A program made the position numbers and the translations under genes. Below, one piece after another: positions 1 through 13,147 of a DNA stretch of 64,000 bases (position 1 is the stretch's first letter; the number at the start of each line of letters is the position of its first letter). The DNA is from Azolla caroliniana. Lineage: Eukaryota; Plantae; Polypodiophyta. The notes beneath the pieces were generated by a model. The model was not told the origin of the DNA. It saw nothing but the letters and a program-made list of their open reading frames with translations, and made no database searches. The stretch spans positions 7,688,001-7,752,000 of the forward strand of contig JBHGNT010000005.1 of the NCBI GenBank assembly GCA_043228905.1, in the 5' to 3' direction.

Positions 1-1999
1 GAGGCGTCTAGCCGGATTCCCTCGAGTGGCGATGCCGGGTATCCATACGGAGGTGCTCGAGGTACGGGCCGAGAGCCGGACCTGGGAGGAGTTTGAAGGT
101 CGGCTCCTCGAAAGATACAGGCTTGAAGATGTGCTTTGACTTTCGAAGCGAGACTTCATGGAGTGGGTGGAGACCCTCGACAAAGGAAGGGACGCGTTAG
201 TGCTCCTTCGGGAGTTTGAGGAACGCTTTGCACGCCTCTCGGTGCTTGACCGGACCGTTCTGGACACAAGTCGTGTCCTATTGTTTGTTAAGTTGGTTGA
301 CGAGCGGAATCGGGAGCAGGTAGGCCTCCTATTGGAGACTGATGACGGGCTGACGGCCGACTGGGCCGTGGTGAAAGGGGTCTGTGGCCGTTTCGACAAA
401 CGGTGGGAATGGGTTGACAAAGGATCAACAGGGGCGGGCTCTATCTCAGCAAAGAAGCTCGAGCCAACACCACCAACGCGAAGGGAAGAGACCCGAGATT
501 GGCTCGAGACTGGGTCGGCTTCAACCGGCATGGTCAAGGGCTTGTCCGGGGGAGCAGCTCTGGAGGAGCTGACGCGGATGGTAAGGGATCTCTAGATCGC
601 CCAGGCACGGAGGGATGGTGGCGAACAGGCCCGTGACCGACGACCTCTGGCTGAAAACAGGTGCATGGGGTGTGACGCGGTTGGGCACATCCGGAAGGAC
701 TGCGGGGACTTCGCCGAGGCGATGAGAAGCAACGTGTTGTACCTGTGGAACGGTCGGGTGCACGCCAGCGAGACCCGAAGGGCCTTGAACCTGAACGTCG
801 GGTGAGGAGGTATGAAAAGGCTGATGGAGGAGGCGGCGGCTCGTCACGCGGAGACCGTCCACTACTCGGCGTCAGCTGGTATTTGGGTTGGAGGTGGCGA
901 GGCCCCGAAGACGAACAAAGCCGGGTTCTGGCCGACGATGCTGGAAGGCCTTGCCGGTGCACGACTGAGGAAAGAAGAGGTGGACCGCGTGGAAAAACGG
1001 GTCCGGGAGGTAACCGGGTGGAGTGACCCGGTGGAAGAAAAGATGGGCTTCGTCGAAGCCGCTTGTCAAAACTACGAGGCTCTGGTGGAGGACAAGCGAG
1101 TAGGGAAAACCGGAGGGGCCGGGCCCTCGCAGCGATATGAAACTCGATTCGGGCAAAGACGGAATGAGGCCGTTGTAACCGGCGCCCATGATAATCCCAA
1201 GAAGGGCAGGTACTGGCTGGGCAGAGAAATCAAAAGATCCACGGACCTGCGAAAGGTCCTGGAAGAACGAATCCTTGACAGCAAGGTGGAGCTATCGCTG
1301 AGGGAAGTGCTCGAGATCGCCAAGAAGGATTTCCACGACACCATCGTAGACTTGGTGAAGAGGAAGAGGTTGTCGACAGAGATAGAACCGGAGAATCCGG
1401 TGGAGGTGCGAATGACGCACATAGAGGACATGGCGCTGGAAGACGAGTTGGCGGAGAGCCACTATTCAAGGCCGCACTGGGCCAGAGCGACCACGGAGAC
1501 CCCCGTGAAGATCGGAGATGTTCATGAACCGGTGGTGGCGTTGGTGGACCATGGTTCAGAAATCAATTTGATGTCCATGGACTTCTATAAGAAGGGAAAA
1601 TGGCTGATCAACACCAAGCACGGTTGGAAAATACGGGCGGCGACGCGTGCCACCGAAGAACTGCATGGAGCCTGCCTGAACGTACGAGTAAAGATTGACG
1701 ATGTTGAGATTGACCAACACTTCTTCGTGCAGGAGACGTCCTCACATCCGGTTATACTAGGAGAATCGTACATCACGGCAGCACGGATGGAGACCAAGGT
1801 GCTGGACAACGGCTCGGCCTATGCAAGGATCAAGAGCCAGGATGGACGTCACTCGGTCCAGTTCCTGACGGTGAGACCGAACCATGAGAGGAACCGCGAG
1901 ACCCTTGGGGCCGAAAGTCGGGAGGATTTTTCAAGAGGGCTATCAAGGCATGGGGCCGCGATAGTCCGGACACTCCGGGAAAACCCCACAAGTGTATGA
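1..1999 (+). pseudogene. A gag-protease ORF (in-frame stops)
   Basis: ORF pieces 158-595 and 812-1999. A CCHC knuckle (CMGCDAVGHIRKDC) lies near 662, followed by aspartic protease DHGS. Homologous to the C and F gag-PR. Confidence 0.85.
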
Positions 2000-4900
2000 T
2001 AGCGAAGAAGACCTGTGCTATAAGTAGGGAATTTTGGTTCTCCGACAACGGAGGGTGTACGATAGTCGACGTTGTTGGCCGGAAGAAGAGAAGGGCGGAG
2101 GAGCGACTTCGGGCATGTGGCGTCCTCGACCTCGGAGAGGAAATCAACGGAGCCGTGGAGGCGGTCTCTTTCGACGATACCTTGGGGGAGCTGCGGGAGG
2201 TAGTCGGAGGAGTCCTTAAAGAGGACCGGACGATTCCGGTATGTTCGGAAAAGATGTACGAAGTCATCGCGGACTTCAGTAGAGGGCTCGAGTTGGATCG
2301 GACGGCCCGGGTGGACACGAGGTACAAGACTGTGGACCGGAAGGTGAGACCAGTCGCGGCTCCCTTGCCGGAGGGCAGCGAGTTGCGAATAAAGGGGGTT
2401 GTGTCGGACCCGAGTTTACGAAATCCGGCCCGCATAGGACACATGTTCACCGACATAACGCTACGCGAGCTCAAAATCGGTGGGGGCGGCTTCCTACTGC
2501 TGGCGGAAGAGGACCGTTTTCGGGGAATGCTCGGAAGGCACGGGAAGGCTTTTGCATTCTCACTAGAGGAGATCGGGTGCGTAGACCCGAAAGTCGTGGA
2601 ACCGATGGTGATATTCACGGTACCGCATGTGCCGTGGAGTCTCAAACCGATTCCAGTACCCAGAGCTCACATCCCGAAGTTGGTGGAGCTGTTAAAGCAG
2701 AAGGTCGAGATGGGAATCCTTGAACCGTCGAGTGCCCCATACTCGAATCGGTGGTTTACCGTGCCGAAGAAGGACGGCACGCTGCGCTTTATTCAAGACC
2801 TGCAGCCGGTCAACAAGGTGACCATTCGAAACGCAAGAATCGGACCGACAATAGACGAGTTCGCGGAGGCCTTCGTCGGAAGGTCGATTTACTCGGTCGA
2901 TGATCTCTACTCGAGGTATGATTAGTTCCAGCTTGCCGTAGAGAGTAGAGACATCACGACAATACGAACTCCTCTCGGCCTAGTACGGATGTGTACCCTG
3001 CCGCAAGGAGGGACGAACTCGGTGGCTCACATGGTGAACGCAATCAACAAAGTGCTGAGGGATTGTATCCCGGACATCACCATGCCATTTTTGGACGACG
3101 TCCTGATCAAGGGATGCCCAGTGGAGGAAAGGGACAAGACGATCGGACCGGACGGATGCCGGAAATTCGTGGCGACGCACATCGACGACTGTGAGAAGGT
3201 GCTGCAAAGGTTGGAGGGAGCAAGGCTCACCTTCTCCGGGGGAAAATCGGCCTTCGGGAAATCAGAGATCATGGTCGTCAGACACCTATGCGAGCCGTAC
3301 GGCCGGAAACCGTCTCCGGCTAAGGTAGAAGCCATCTCCGCAATGAAGAACGACTGCAGCTCGGTCACGGAGGTTCGGAGGTTCTTGGGAGCGTGCGCAT
3401 TCTACCACATATGGATCCCGCAGTACGCTCATGTCGCGGAGCCGTTATACGGGTTGCTGAAAAAGGGGCAAAAATTCGAGTGGAGAGACGAGCATACGGA
3501 GTCTGTCCGGAAGATGAAGGAAGCACTTGCCGCAGCTCCGGCGCTCTGAAAGGCTGCCTACGGAAAGAGCACTCCAATTTACGTAACGGTAGACACGAGT
3601 CCGACCGAGATCGGATGGGTCGTCAACCAAGAGGACGAGGACAGCATGCGTTCCCCGATCCGGTTCGGCGCGAAGGTCCTTAGCGAAGGACAGCGAGGAT
3701 ACGCCCAGGTTAAACGCGAGCTCTGGGGTATCGTTTCAGCGGTAAAGGCCGATAAAGACTACCTGATCGGGACAGAGGTAATTATCGAGACGGACTACCT
3801 GCCGATCCTTGGCATGGTTTCCGGATGCGTGACGCCGGACCTGGCAATGCTCAGGTGGATAGCATACATCAAGTCCCTGAATCCGGAAATACGACACATT
3901 TCTGGGAAAGACAACGCCATGGCCGACATGCTTTCAAGGGCTAGGTTCGAAAACGACGGCAGCATGGTTTCAGAGGACGAGGAAGTCGGCGTGGACTTCT
4001 TCAAGGCGGCTTACGTAACAACCGGCAGGGAATGCTCTCCAACGCTTAACGATTTCGACGAGAGCAAGTACGACGGGGAGTGGCTGCAGACCGGCGGGTT
4101 CCTGAGAACAATGACACCGGACGCGGCATGGACAACGGACGAGGCCAACCGGATTCAGAAGAAAGCCTACCGATTCTTTCTCCGAGAGAGATACATATGG
4201 AAGCACCCGAAGAAGAGGAATGACATCCCGCTCCGAGTGGTGGCGAAGAAGGAGGAACAGGAGGATTTGCTGGCGGCGTACCACGATAGCCCGTGGGCTG
4301 GACACCGTGGAATGTGGGCCACGTTCGAAAAGCTAAAGGGGAAGTACTGGTGGCCGGGACTATACCGGGATGTGCATCAGTTCGTGAAGACTTGCGAAAG
4401 CTGTCAAGTGCACTCCATGATCCGACATTGGGACGAGCTTTACCCGACCTACCCTCTGACCGTCCACTTCATGTGGATGGTGGATTTGGTGACGATGCCA
4501 ATGGGGGTAGGACAGATGCGGTATCTGGTGCGGGCTCGGGAAGATCTAACGAACCAGGTTGAAGGCCGAGCCCTGCAGAACAAGACGACGGCAGCCGTGT
4601 GCCGGTTTTTGATTGAGGATGTAGTATGCCGATATGGGTGCATAGGGAAGATCGTAGCTGACCGTGGTGAGTTGGACGTAGAAGAGGCCGAAGAGCTGTT
4701 CGACCGGCTAGGAGTCAAACTTTCGCTAACCACAGCGTACTATCCAGAGGCGAACGGGAAGGTGGAGCGCGGACACGGGCCAATTGTCAAAGAGCTAGTA
4801 CGGGCGTGCGGAGGCCGAGTCGGGGACTGGCCACGACTGCTACCTTATGCCTTGTGGGCGGACCGGACTACGCACAATTCGGTAACCGGGTTCATGTCGG

Positions 4901-5418
4901 CCGAGCTGATGTTCGGACAGAAGCCGATCATGCCAACAGAGCGAACGATCTCCTCATGGGCCACGGTGGACTGGAGGGATGAGATGAGCCGGGAGGAACT
5001 GTTGGCGGCGCGGATTCAACAGCTCGAGCGGAGGTCGGAGGACGTAGAGCGAGCCGCGGAGAAACTTCGAGTAGCGAGGATAAGGAACAAAGCCTAGTTC
5101 GACCGAACACACCGGTTCAGGGAAAGGAAGATCGAGGAAGGCGATTGGGTGCTAGTCTACGACAGCAGCCTCGACAATCAGCACAGGGCCACACGGAAGT
5201 ATGCGAGGAGGTGGTTCGGGCCTTACGTAGTAACAAGCGCCAACGGCAATGGGACGTACCATCTCGCGGAGCTCGACGGTACGAGAATGGCGATACCGGT
5301 AGCGGGAAAGAGGATCAAAGCGTTCAAGAAACGGCACGACGGGGAGCCGGGGCTAGGGGGCATGGACAACGACGACGAGCAGCCCGAGGCGGGGGATGAA
5401 CCGGTAAACGAGGAATAA
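1924..5418 (+). pseudogene. A pol (RT-RNaseH-integrase), -1 frame relative to gag-PR, several premature stops
   Basis: ORFs 1996-2925, 2989-3549, 3646-5097 and 5149-5418 share one frame. Contains HHCC zinc finger, DLVTM..DRGE..NGKVER core and GPY motif; no chromodomain. Confidence 0.9.
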
Positions 5419-5593
5419 AAGCAAGGATCGGTTTTCTCCCATAGGAACCCAGTTTTGGCGCATACCGGTGGATGCACGGTTAGGTGGGGGCGGATGTCGT
5501 GAAGAAAACCGTCCCCAGGCGCAAACCGTGTATAATGTGTGTGAACCGGCCCTTACACGTGGGCACGTCCCTTGTCGTATAGTTGATAGGTAG

Positions 5594-6049
5594 TATTATA
5601 GATCTAAATACTAACGTAAGCTTAAGATAAGGATAAAGAAATGATAGATAGAAAGGAGAAAGAGAAAGATGGGTGCCGATCCACCCGACCACCCCCGAGC
5701 GAAGGGATCGAGATGGACTCGAGCCTCGATCGGCGTCCCATACCACCGCCGTGGCGTCGAGTCGTACCTGGTGCTGGTGCGCTCGCTACAAGAGTTGACC
5801 CACTACAAGAGCAGAGTCTCGATGTAGTCAAAAGATGATCCAATGAGGGTAGCTAGGCCTCTTATTTATAGCGATACACAAGGCCCCCAGGCAAGTTCAC
5901 ACTTGACCTAATGGGTTGTCTCAATCCCGAGGATTAAAAGTAATCCTCCCCTTCTTTACACTCTTGTTTAACCCTCACACTTATCCACGTGTATAGAATA
6001 CTACAGTAAATTCTTACCACGGGATATTATATGGTCATTGCCCGTAACA
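5594..6049 (-). repeat. B 3' LTR
   Basis: Direct repeat of 12152-12606; PPT adjoins at about 6050-6063. Confidence 0.95.
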
Positions 6050-9000
6050 TACTCCCCCTCTTTAAAACATTGCACTCTTGCAATGGAAAGTTAGGGAAGT
6101 TAGTTCTAAGAGTATTTTCGCGTTCCCATGTGGCATCTTTTATTGATTTATCCATCCATTTTATTTTAAATTCTCGGATTTCTTTAGTACATAATTTTTT
6201 TGTTTTAACATCGAGAATTCTTTCTGGTACATGTGGTTTAGAAGATAATTCTTCAAAAGTAACCAGAGTTTCAGTCGTAACTGTATTGTCGCCACAACCT
6301 AGAAGTTCTTTTAGAAGACTCACATGAAAGACTGGATGAATTCCGACACCATCGGGAAGAGCGAGACGATAGGCTGATGACCCAATGCGTTTGAGGACTG
6401 TAAAAGGTCCACAAAACTGTGGGGCTAACTTAGCGCACTTACCCGTAGACAATGTCTTAGAATTGTGAGGTACACGTAAAAATACCTTCTGTCCAGGGTT
6501 GAATACACGAGGTTGCCTATGATGATCGGCATAAAAACGTGATCTATCTTGAGCTGTTTTTATATTATCTCGTGCAATATGCAACATATCTTGCATATCC
6601 CGAAGAAAGTTTTGCGTACTTCGCAACTCATCATGATGTATATTAACATCAATTGGGGCTCGTGGCTGAAAACCATACATCAACATAAAAGGACTATATC
6701 CCGTCGACGTATGCTTGGAGCTGTTATAAGCAAACTCCAAAATTGGGAGATAACGTTCCCATTTTGTTGGTTTTGCACCAACGTATGCTCGAAGCATGTC
6801 CTCAATAATTTGATTTACTCGTTCTGTCTGTCCATCGGATTGAGGATGATCCGTGGAGCTCATGCTCAACGTAGTTTCTAACTTCTTAAAGACTTGTGTC
6901 CAGAAGTCACTAGTAAACTTTGGATCTCGATCACTCACAATATCCATCGGTAACCCATAAAAACAAAACAATTCGTCAACGAATTGGTAAGCCAATTCAA
7001 GAGCTGTTACCATGGTTTTAGTAGCAATAAATCTGGCCATTTTAGTTAGTCGATCAATGACAACCCAGATGGCATCATGACCTTTTTGGGTGCGAGGAAG
7101 GCTAACAATAAAATCCATGGATATACTTTCCCACTTATTATTGGGAATGTCCAAGAGATGTAAAAGTCCTGCGGCTTTAAGTCGCTCGGCTTTGTTAACC
7201 TGACACTGGTGACATTTAGTCACATAGCTATGTATGTCAGGACGCATCTTAGGCCAATAAAATTGAGTGGAGATGAGAACGAGTGTACGATGTATTCCAG
7301 GGTGCCCTGCTGAGGGTGCATCATGGCATTCAAAAAGAATCCTGTTTTTGACCTCGGGTAAATCTGGAACACAAACCTTCCCATTGCGGTAGAACAAACC
7401 GTTAGCAATGTGGAAGTATTCCTTCGAGGATGTGGTGGTGTCTGTTCCAGACTCAACTCTTGCCCAGTATTTTGCGAAATAACTATCATCAGGATACTTT
7501 CCTCGAAGGTGATCATAAAGATCTGATGATATTTCAGTGAAGCTAAGCATGTTAACTTCACGGATGCGACTTAGTGCATCAGCGACAGTGTTCATGGAAC
7601 CTTTACGATATCGTATGGAAAAATCAAAGTCTTGGATGAGATCAGCCCATCGTGCCTTACGACCTTTCAGGTCTTGTTGGTCACAAAAATATTTCAAGGA
7701 CTCGTGGTCCGTAGTTACCACAAAGTGATTTCCATAAAGATAATGGCGCCATGTTTTGAGCGCATGTATAACTGCAAATAATTCCTTTTCTTGAACGGTA
7801 TACCGACATTGAGCAGAATCAAGTTTCTTACTCTCGAATGCTATTGGTTTACCATCTTGATACAAGACAACACCTATAGCATAATCGCTTGCATCGGTTT
7901 CAACCTCAAAAGGTTTTGAAGGATCAGGTAAAAGAAGTGGAGGAGCCTTGCAAACCAGGTCCTTGAGTTCCTTAAAGGCAAGGTCTAGTGTAGCATTCCA
8001 CACAATAGGTTTTGTAGACTTACGCGTTTGACCTTTTAAAAGATCAGTAAACGGAGTCGTCAATTGGGAGTAATTACGAAGAGACTTTCGCAAAACCCCC
8101 ACAAAACCAAGGAATGATCGAACTTCTCGAATATTCCGAAGAGTGGGCCAAAGCTTGATTTTCTCGATGCGAGAAGGATCAATTTCAACTCCTCGTTCAG
8201 TTATGAGATGTCCTAGATAAGTAATTGATTTCTTGAAGAACTCACATTTTGAGATCTTCGCATAAAACTGTTTGTCACGCAATGTTTGTAAAACAAAGCG
8301 GACATGTCTAGTATGTTCTTGTAATGTACGGCTATAAACTAAAATATCATCCAAGAAAATAACGACAAATTTTCCAAGTTGTTCTCGGAAAATGTCATTC
8401 ATTTCTTGTTGAAAAGTAGCCGGAGCATTGGTCAAACCAAAAGGCATAACCAAAAACTCGTAATGGCCATAGCGCGTACGAAATGCCGTTTTAGGAACAT
8501 CGTCCTCACTTATTCGTATTTGATGGTAGCCAGTACGGAGATCAAGTTTCGTAAAATACCGAGCTCCCTGGAGACGGTCAATTAGATCGTCAGCCCGGGG
8601 CAATGGATACGAATTCTTGATCGTCACTTTATTCAAGCGTTGGTAATTAATACACATACGCCATGTGCCCTCTTTCTTTTTAACCAAGAGAACTGGTGCA
8701 TCCCATGGAGATTTACTATAACGTATATAACCCATTCGTAAATAGTCCTTGAGTTGCTTAGATACCTCATCTTCTTCGGATCGACTTAAGCGATACGGAG
8801 GTATACTTATTGGTGCAACACCAGGTACAATATCTATATGATGGTCTATATTACGTTTAGGAGGTAACCCATCAGGTAGTTCACTTGGAAAAACATCATG
8901 AAAATCATTTAAGATTTCATCAAGTTGTTGTTGTTCAAAATATGTTAATTGAATCGGGACATTATCGATATTGTAAACGTGAATGTTCGGATCAAGTACA

Positions 9001-10469
9001 CAATAAAATAACGTAGAACAAGACAACTCGGATATTGATGGACACGAGGAAACAATCGAGAGGGATTGTTTTTTTACACATTGAATAAAATGCGTACAAT
9101 CGTTCAGTACAAAAGAAATGGAATGACGAACCCAATCAATAAATAAAGAAGAGTTTTTATTATAAAACCAGGGATAACCCAGTATTACATCGGTGGTACA
9201 AAGATTCATTACATGGAAGTCTACTTCCTCTATATAAGTATCAATAGAAATTCCTAATGAATGAATCGCCCCGTTGATGTATTGTACTCTTCCATCATCC
9301 AAGTGCACCGTGTAGGTGTGATCACTTACGGTGGGTTGGATTCCCCATATCTGAACCAAACGATCATTCAGAAAATTGTGTGAGCTTCCCGAATCAAATA
9401 AAAATTGTACGGGAGATCCATTGATATACCCATTTGCACGTAGTAAATCACTGGGACCCAATACATAGTGAGGGAAAGAACATTGACAATTACTTAAATG
9501 ATGTGTATAGACCTGAAGGACATTAGGAATCTGACCTTTATGGTCTGCAACTTTAGCTTTGTTGTCGTGCTCTTTCCGTTGGAGCTTTCGACATTGATCT
9601 TTTGTATGACCCTTCTTTTTGCAGAATACACAAAAAGGATGTTGTCGCTTACAATCGCGATCCAGGAATTCGTTGGGTGTCTTGCGTTTCCCAACAAATT
9701 GCGACTGCTTAGTCCCGGGCGCTTCGTTGGGTTTGTTATGGTCCTTCTTCGAAGTGCGTTGATAGCAAAGAACTATTTCAACGGCCTCTTCGAAGGATTT
9801 TGGATCCTTATTGTGCACTATCCAGTGATAGTCCGAATTGGGGATGCCATTGACAAAACAAGCTATCAACCAATTGTCCCCTTCTAGACCCGATTGTTGG
9901 ATTTGGGTTCTAGCATGGTGAACATAGTCTTCTAGCGAGGAAAATTTCCTGCTAGAGAGGTTCATTAAAGCTTGTGCTGCCTCGGTTCGAGAGGGAGGTT
10001 GCAGAAATTGGCCCTTAAAAACCGTGACAAAATCTGTCCAGGTATCGGGCAATTTCCCCATAGTACGGAGGCCACGCCACCAGGCGGCGGCCTTACCCCC
10101 GAGTTCTCGGCCGACATATGCAATCTTCGTACTATCTGGCGTGGGATAGAGCTCAAAATGAGACTCCCATCGTCCCAGCCATGTGCAGATTGCTTCTTCG
10201 GTTCTTTCCTTTTTGTCTCCTGTAAATGGCTTAACGACAAATGATGGTTCACCTTGTCGCTCATCAAGTCTATTAGTCTCACGTTGTAGACTAATGACAC
10301 GTGCCTCAAGAGCACTTTGAGATTGCCGAAGTTCGGTCATCTGTTGAGCGGTGAAACTAAGGTATTGGGTTATTTGTGCCAAATACATCTCAGTGGACAT
10401 TTGTCCAGGAGGATTCCCTGGAGTTCCTTCTGCTTGAGCAGATGACATGGGGTCGTTAATTTGAGCCAT
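6027..10469 (-). CDS. B gag-pol polyprotein (gag, CCHC, protease, RT, RNase H, integrase, chromodomain), 1480 aa, uninterrupted
   Basis: Motifs [72 protein letters not shown] and C-terminal chromodomain PERILD..FKIKW..DATWE. Confidence 0.97.
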   Translation of the reverse strand: MAQINDPMSSAQAEGTPGNPPGQMSTEMYLAQITQYLSFTAQQMTELRQSQSALEARVISLQRETNRLDERQGEPSFVVKPFTGDKKERTEEAICTWLGRWESHFELYPTPDSTKIAYVGRELGGKAAAWWRGLRTMGKLPDTWTDFVTVFKGQFLQPPSRTEAAQALMNLSSRKFSSLEDYVHHARTQIQQSGLEGDNWLIACFVNGIPNSDYHWIVHNKDPKSFEEAVEIVLCYQRTSKKDHNKPNEAPGTKQSQFVGKRKTPNEFLDRDCKRQHPFCVFCKKKGHTKDQCRKLQRKEHDNKAKVADHKGQIPNVLQVYTHHLSNCQCSFPHYVLGPSDLLRANGYINGSPVQFLFDSGSSHNFLNDRLVQIWGIQPTVSDHTYTVHLDDGRVQYINGAIHSLGISIDTYIEEVDFHVMNLCTTDVILGYPWFYNKNSSLFIDWVRHSISFVLNDCTHFIQCVKKQSLSIVSSCPSISELSCSTLFYCVLDPNIHVYNIDNVPIQLTYFEQQQLDEILNDFHDVFPSELPDGLPPKRNIDHHIDIVPGVAPISIPPYRLSRSEEDEVSKQLKDYLRMGYIRYSKSPWDAPVLLVKKKEGTWRMCINYQRLNKVTIKNSYPLPRADDLIDRLQGARYFTKLDLRTGYHQIRISEDDVPKTAFRTRYGHYEFLVMPFGLTNAPATFQQEMNDIFREQLGKFVVIFLDDILVYSRTLQEHTRHVRFVLQTLRDKQFYAKISKCEFFKKSITYLGHLITERGVEIDPSRIEKIKLWPTLRNIREVRSFLGFVGVLRKSLRNYSQLTTPFTDLLKGQTRKSTKPIVWNATLDLAFKELKDLVCKAPPLLLPDPSKPFEVETDASDYAIGVVLYQDGKPIAFESKKLDSAQCRYTVQEKELFAVIHALKTWRHYLYGNHFVVTTDHESLKYFCDQQDLKGRKARWADLIQDFDFSIRYRKGSMNTVADALSRIREVNMLSFTEISSDLYDHLRGKYPDDSYFAKYWARVESGTDTTTSSKEYFHIANGLFYRNGKVCVPDLPEVKNRILFECHDAPSAGHPGIHRTLVLISTQFYWPKMRPDIHSYVTKCHQCQVNKAERLKAAGLLHLLDIPNNKWESISMDFIVSLPRTQKGHDAIWVVIDRLTKMARFIATKTMVTALELAYQFVDELFCFYGLPMDIVSDRDPKFTSDFWTQVFKKLETTLSMSSTDHPQSDGQTERVNQIIEDMLRAYVGAKPTKWERYLPILEFAYNSSKHTSTGYSPFMLMYGFQPRAPIDVNIHHDELRSTQNFLRDMQDMLHIARDNIKTAQDRSRFYADHHRQPRVFNPGQKVFLRVPHNSKTLSTGKCAKLAPQFCGPFTVLKRIGSSAYRLALPDGVGIHPVFHVSLLKELLGCGDNTVTTETLVTFEELSSKPHVPERILDVKTKKLCTKEIREFKIKWMDKSIKDATWERENTLRTNFPNFPLQECNVLKRGSMLRAMTI

Positions 10470-11639
10470 TAAAGATTATTTCTGGAAAAGAAATAGGACA
10501 AGGTCAGAGATATAGTCATAACATCATGTCGTGATGTAAACATATCATGGGCGAGCATTAATCGATATCATTATCTCACGTCAATACCCCTCTAGACGTA
10601 TGAGATGAGGTTCAAGATCAGGTTACTATGGTAACACAAAGGTGTTTTAAAAACCATGGGGGTGACAAATAAATGTCTTTCCTTGATCTCTATATCGATT
10701 TTTTCATGGTGGCTCCCCGAGGCTCAACCATGTATGTTCGCGTCATGAATTGTTTATACACGAAAAAAATGTTAATAATAAACTATGTTTCGGTGCCCAC
10801 ATATGTGGTTTCGGCTCTTTAAGTCCTATTACGAGGACCCTGAGGTGCACTTAGACCTTAAGTCTAAACATGTGTTATAGTCATATGTATCAAGGATGTT
10901 GTATGGTCTTGGTCATATTTGAACTCGAGACCTCGAGAACAAATACATTAAACACTTGAGCCAACCAAGTAAGTTGCTCTTCTCGAATACTTAATGTTTG
11001 ATGCGTATAAGAGATATGCGAGATCATATATGTTTTTTTTCAAAGAACATATATGTCAAGGGTCCTTATTTCGCCCTCATTTACCAAAACTATGTTGGTA
11101 CGTTACCTATCCTCAAGTCTCGTAATTACGATGGCATACGCCAAAGTGCAACCTAATGGTGAAGCCAAATGAGCCCTTGTTTCGTAGTAGGCTCACGTGG
11201 GCCATCACATGGTCACGTCATTACGATTGCCTCTCGTAAGAACGAGCTCATGGTGGCATCGTATCCATGTAACAAGGGAGGGATGTTGGATACGTGCGTC
11301 ATTGGAGCGACCTCACTTGAAGTGGGTCAAGCCCTACGTACTCAACATCATTATGGCTATTGGCGTTTCTTTACGTAACGAAATCGAGGTCATCAACGGG
11401 GTTATCAACAATAAAAAATTGTTGAAAAAGGGATGGTGACAACGCCATTCTCACAAAAATGTGCGGACGGCCACCAACATCCTTTTCCCGACCATGACAA
11501 CTTTCGACATAATCACGTAATAACGAATATACACATATGTTTACTTTTCACATATATACGATCAAATACGTATATATGTGACCACATATGCCTATATTAA
11601 ACATATCGTTATATTAAATAGCCACAAATGATGTGATCG

Positions 11640-11905
11640 AGATACGTAATCGAGGTATATACCTCTACGCACACGAAACATCCACAAATAAGAGATCATC
11701 GTAATACGCAATTGAGGTATTGACCTCTTACGCATACGAGACCAACCGCATATCGTTTACAACAAATCAAGGTATTAAACTCATACGCAAACGTAACATA
11801 TGTTCGTGAAAGTAATACGTAATTGAGGTATTAACCTCGTACGCATACGACACTCATCACATATTATTAATATGTCAAACGAGGTATTGACCTTGTGCAC
11901 ATATG
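11640..11905. repeat. Five degenerate ~35-bp hairpin repeats with dissimilar 20-27 nt spacers in the B 5' leader
   Basis: Core (AT)ACG(T/C)AAT(C/T)GAGGTAT(T)(A/G)ACCTC.TACGCA recurs at about 11642, 11704, 11765, 11815 and 11880. Confidence 0.7.
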
Positions 11906-12139
11906 TAAACGTTTTAGATAATCAATTAAAGACCACTACAACATCATTGACTTAATGAAAAAAATTACATATAAACTAAACACATGATTAGATGGGAGAA
12001 GAGAGAATAGAAAGAAAAATTATGGAAAGAGTTACCGAAGTTCTTTGTTGATCGTTGTTTGGATCAAGGCCAACCGCACAACGATCGATCAGCATCAATC
12101 AAAAGACAAATGAAAAACAAAGAAACATTAGTACAAAAA

Positions 12140-12149
12140 TCTGATACCA
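12140..12149 (-). promoter_or_regulatory. B primer-binding site (tRNA-iMet type)
   Basis: Minus strand TGGTATCAGA, complementary to the initiator Met tRNA 3' end. Confidence 0.85.
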
Positions 12150-12151
12150 AA

Positions 12152-12606
12152 TATTATAGATCTAAATACTAACGTAAGCTTAAGATAAGGATAAAGAAAT
12201 GATAGATAGAAAGGAGAAAGAGAAAGAAGGGTGCCGATCCACCCGACCACCCCCGAGCGAAGGGATCGAGACGGACTCGAGCCTCGATCGGCGTCCCATA
12301 CCACCGCCGTGGCGTCGAGTCGTACCTAGTGCTGGCGCGCTCGCTACAAGAGTTGACCCACCACAAGAGCAGAGTCTCGATGTAGTCAAAAGATGATCCA
12401 ATGAGGGTAGCTAGGCCTCTTATTTATAGCGATACCCAAGGCCCCCAGGCAAGTTCACACTTGACCTAATGGGTTGTCTCAATCCCGAGGATTAAAAGTA
12501 ATCCTCCCCTTCTTTACACTCTTGTTTAACCCTCACACTTATCCACGTGTATAGAATACTACGGTAAATTCTTACCACGGGATATTATATGGTCATGCCC
12601 GTAACA
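12152..12606 (-). repeat. B 5' LTR
   Basis: Direct repeat of 5594-6049; PBS lies 2 nt inside. Confidence 0.95.
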
Positions 12607-13102
12607 GGTAGGCACAAAGGTTAAATCCTAGGTAGCAATATTCTATAAGGGAAATCGAGGAGTATCTCTGTCCGACAGGACAGATAATTAATGTGATGTA
12701 AACGGGTGAAACGGCCTCCCTCCTTGAGCTATAAAAGAGAGGGAGACGGGGGAGAGAAGGTATTGTGCGCTAGAAGGAACGAAGTGTTGTCGGACTGGGA
12801 CCGAGCTCTTCTTCTCTGTCGTTCTCCATAGCTTTCTTTTGCGCAGGTTCTCAAGAGGCTAATTCTGCTCCGTGGAACGCCCGTGTGCTTCCGGCAGAAT
12901 CTCCATCTTGCTCTCCTGTGTGCGTGGGTGATCAGGCGTCGGCATCCACCTCGCCAACTTGGTCGGCTGTAACGGTTCGAGTCGTCTGCATACATACAAA
13001 TACATGCCTATATTTACATACACACTCTAGTGTTCTCAACTTGCGTCTCTTGTGTTGTTGTGACGCGTCCCCGTGCGCTTCTTTGTCTATACGTGAGTGA
13101 GC

Positions 13103-13147
<45 letters not shown>

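Larger units (their letters stand above)
5594..12606 (-). mobile_element. Element B: full-length chromovirus (Ty3/gypsy) inserted in the A 3' LTR
   Basis: LTRs 5594-6049 and 12152-12606 differ by about 7 substitutions and 1 indel. 5-bp TSD GGTAG at 5589-5593 and 12607-12611. PBS TGGTATCAGA; PPT AAAGAGGGGGAGTA. Confidence 0.97.

Noticed and set aside
5715-5726. B-box-like GGCTCGAGTCC in the B LTR
   Set aside because: Mismatch in the core, no correctly spaced A box, and it lies downstream of the TATA.
384-5746. Numerous antisense and alternative-frame ORFs over gag-pol and LTRs (also in C, F and G)
   Set aside because: Shadow ORFs of GC-rich coding sequence or LTR repeats, with no recognisable motifs or conservation between A, C and F.
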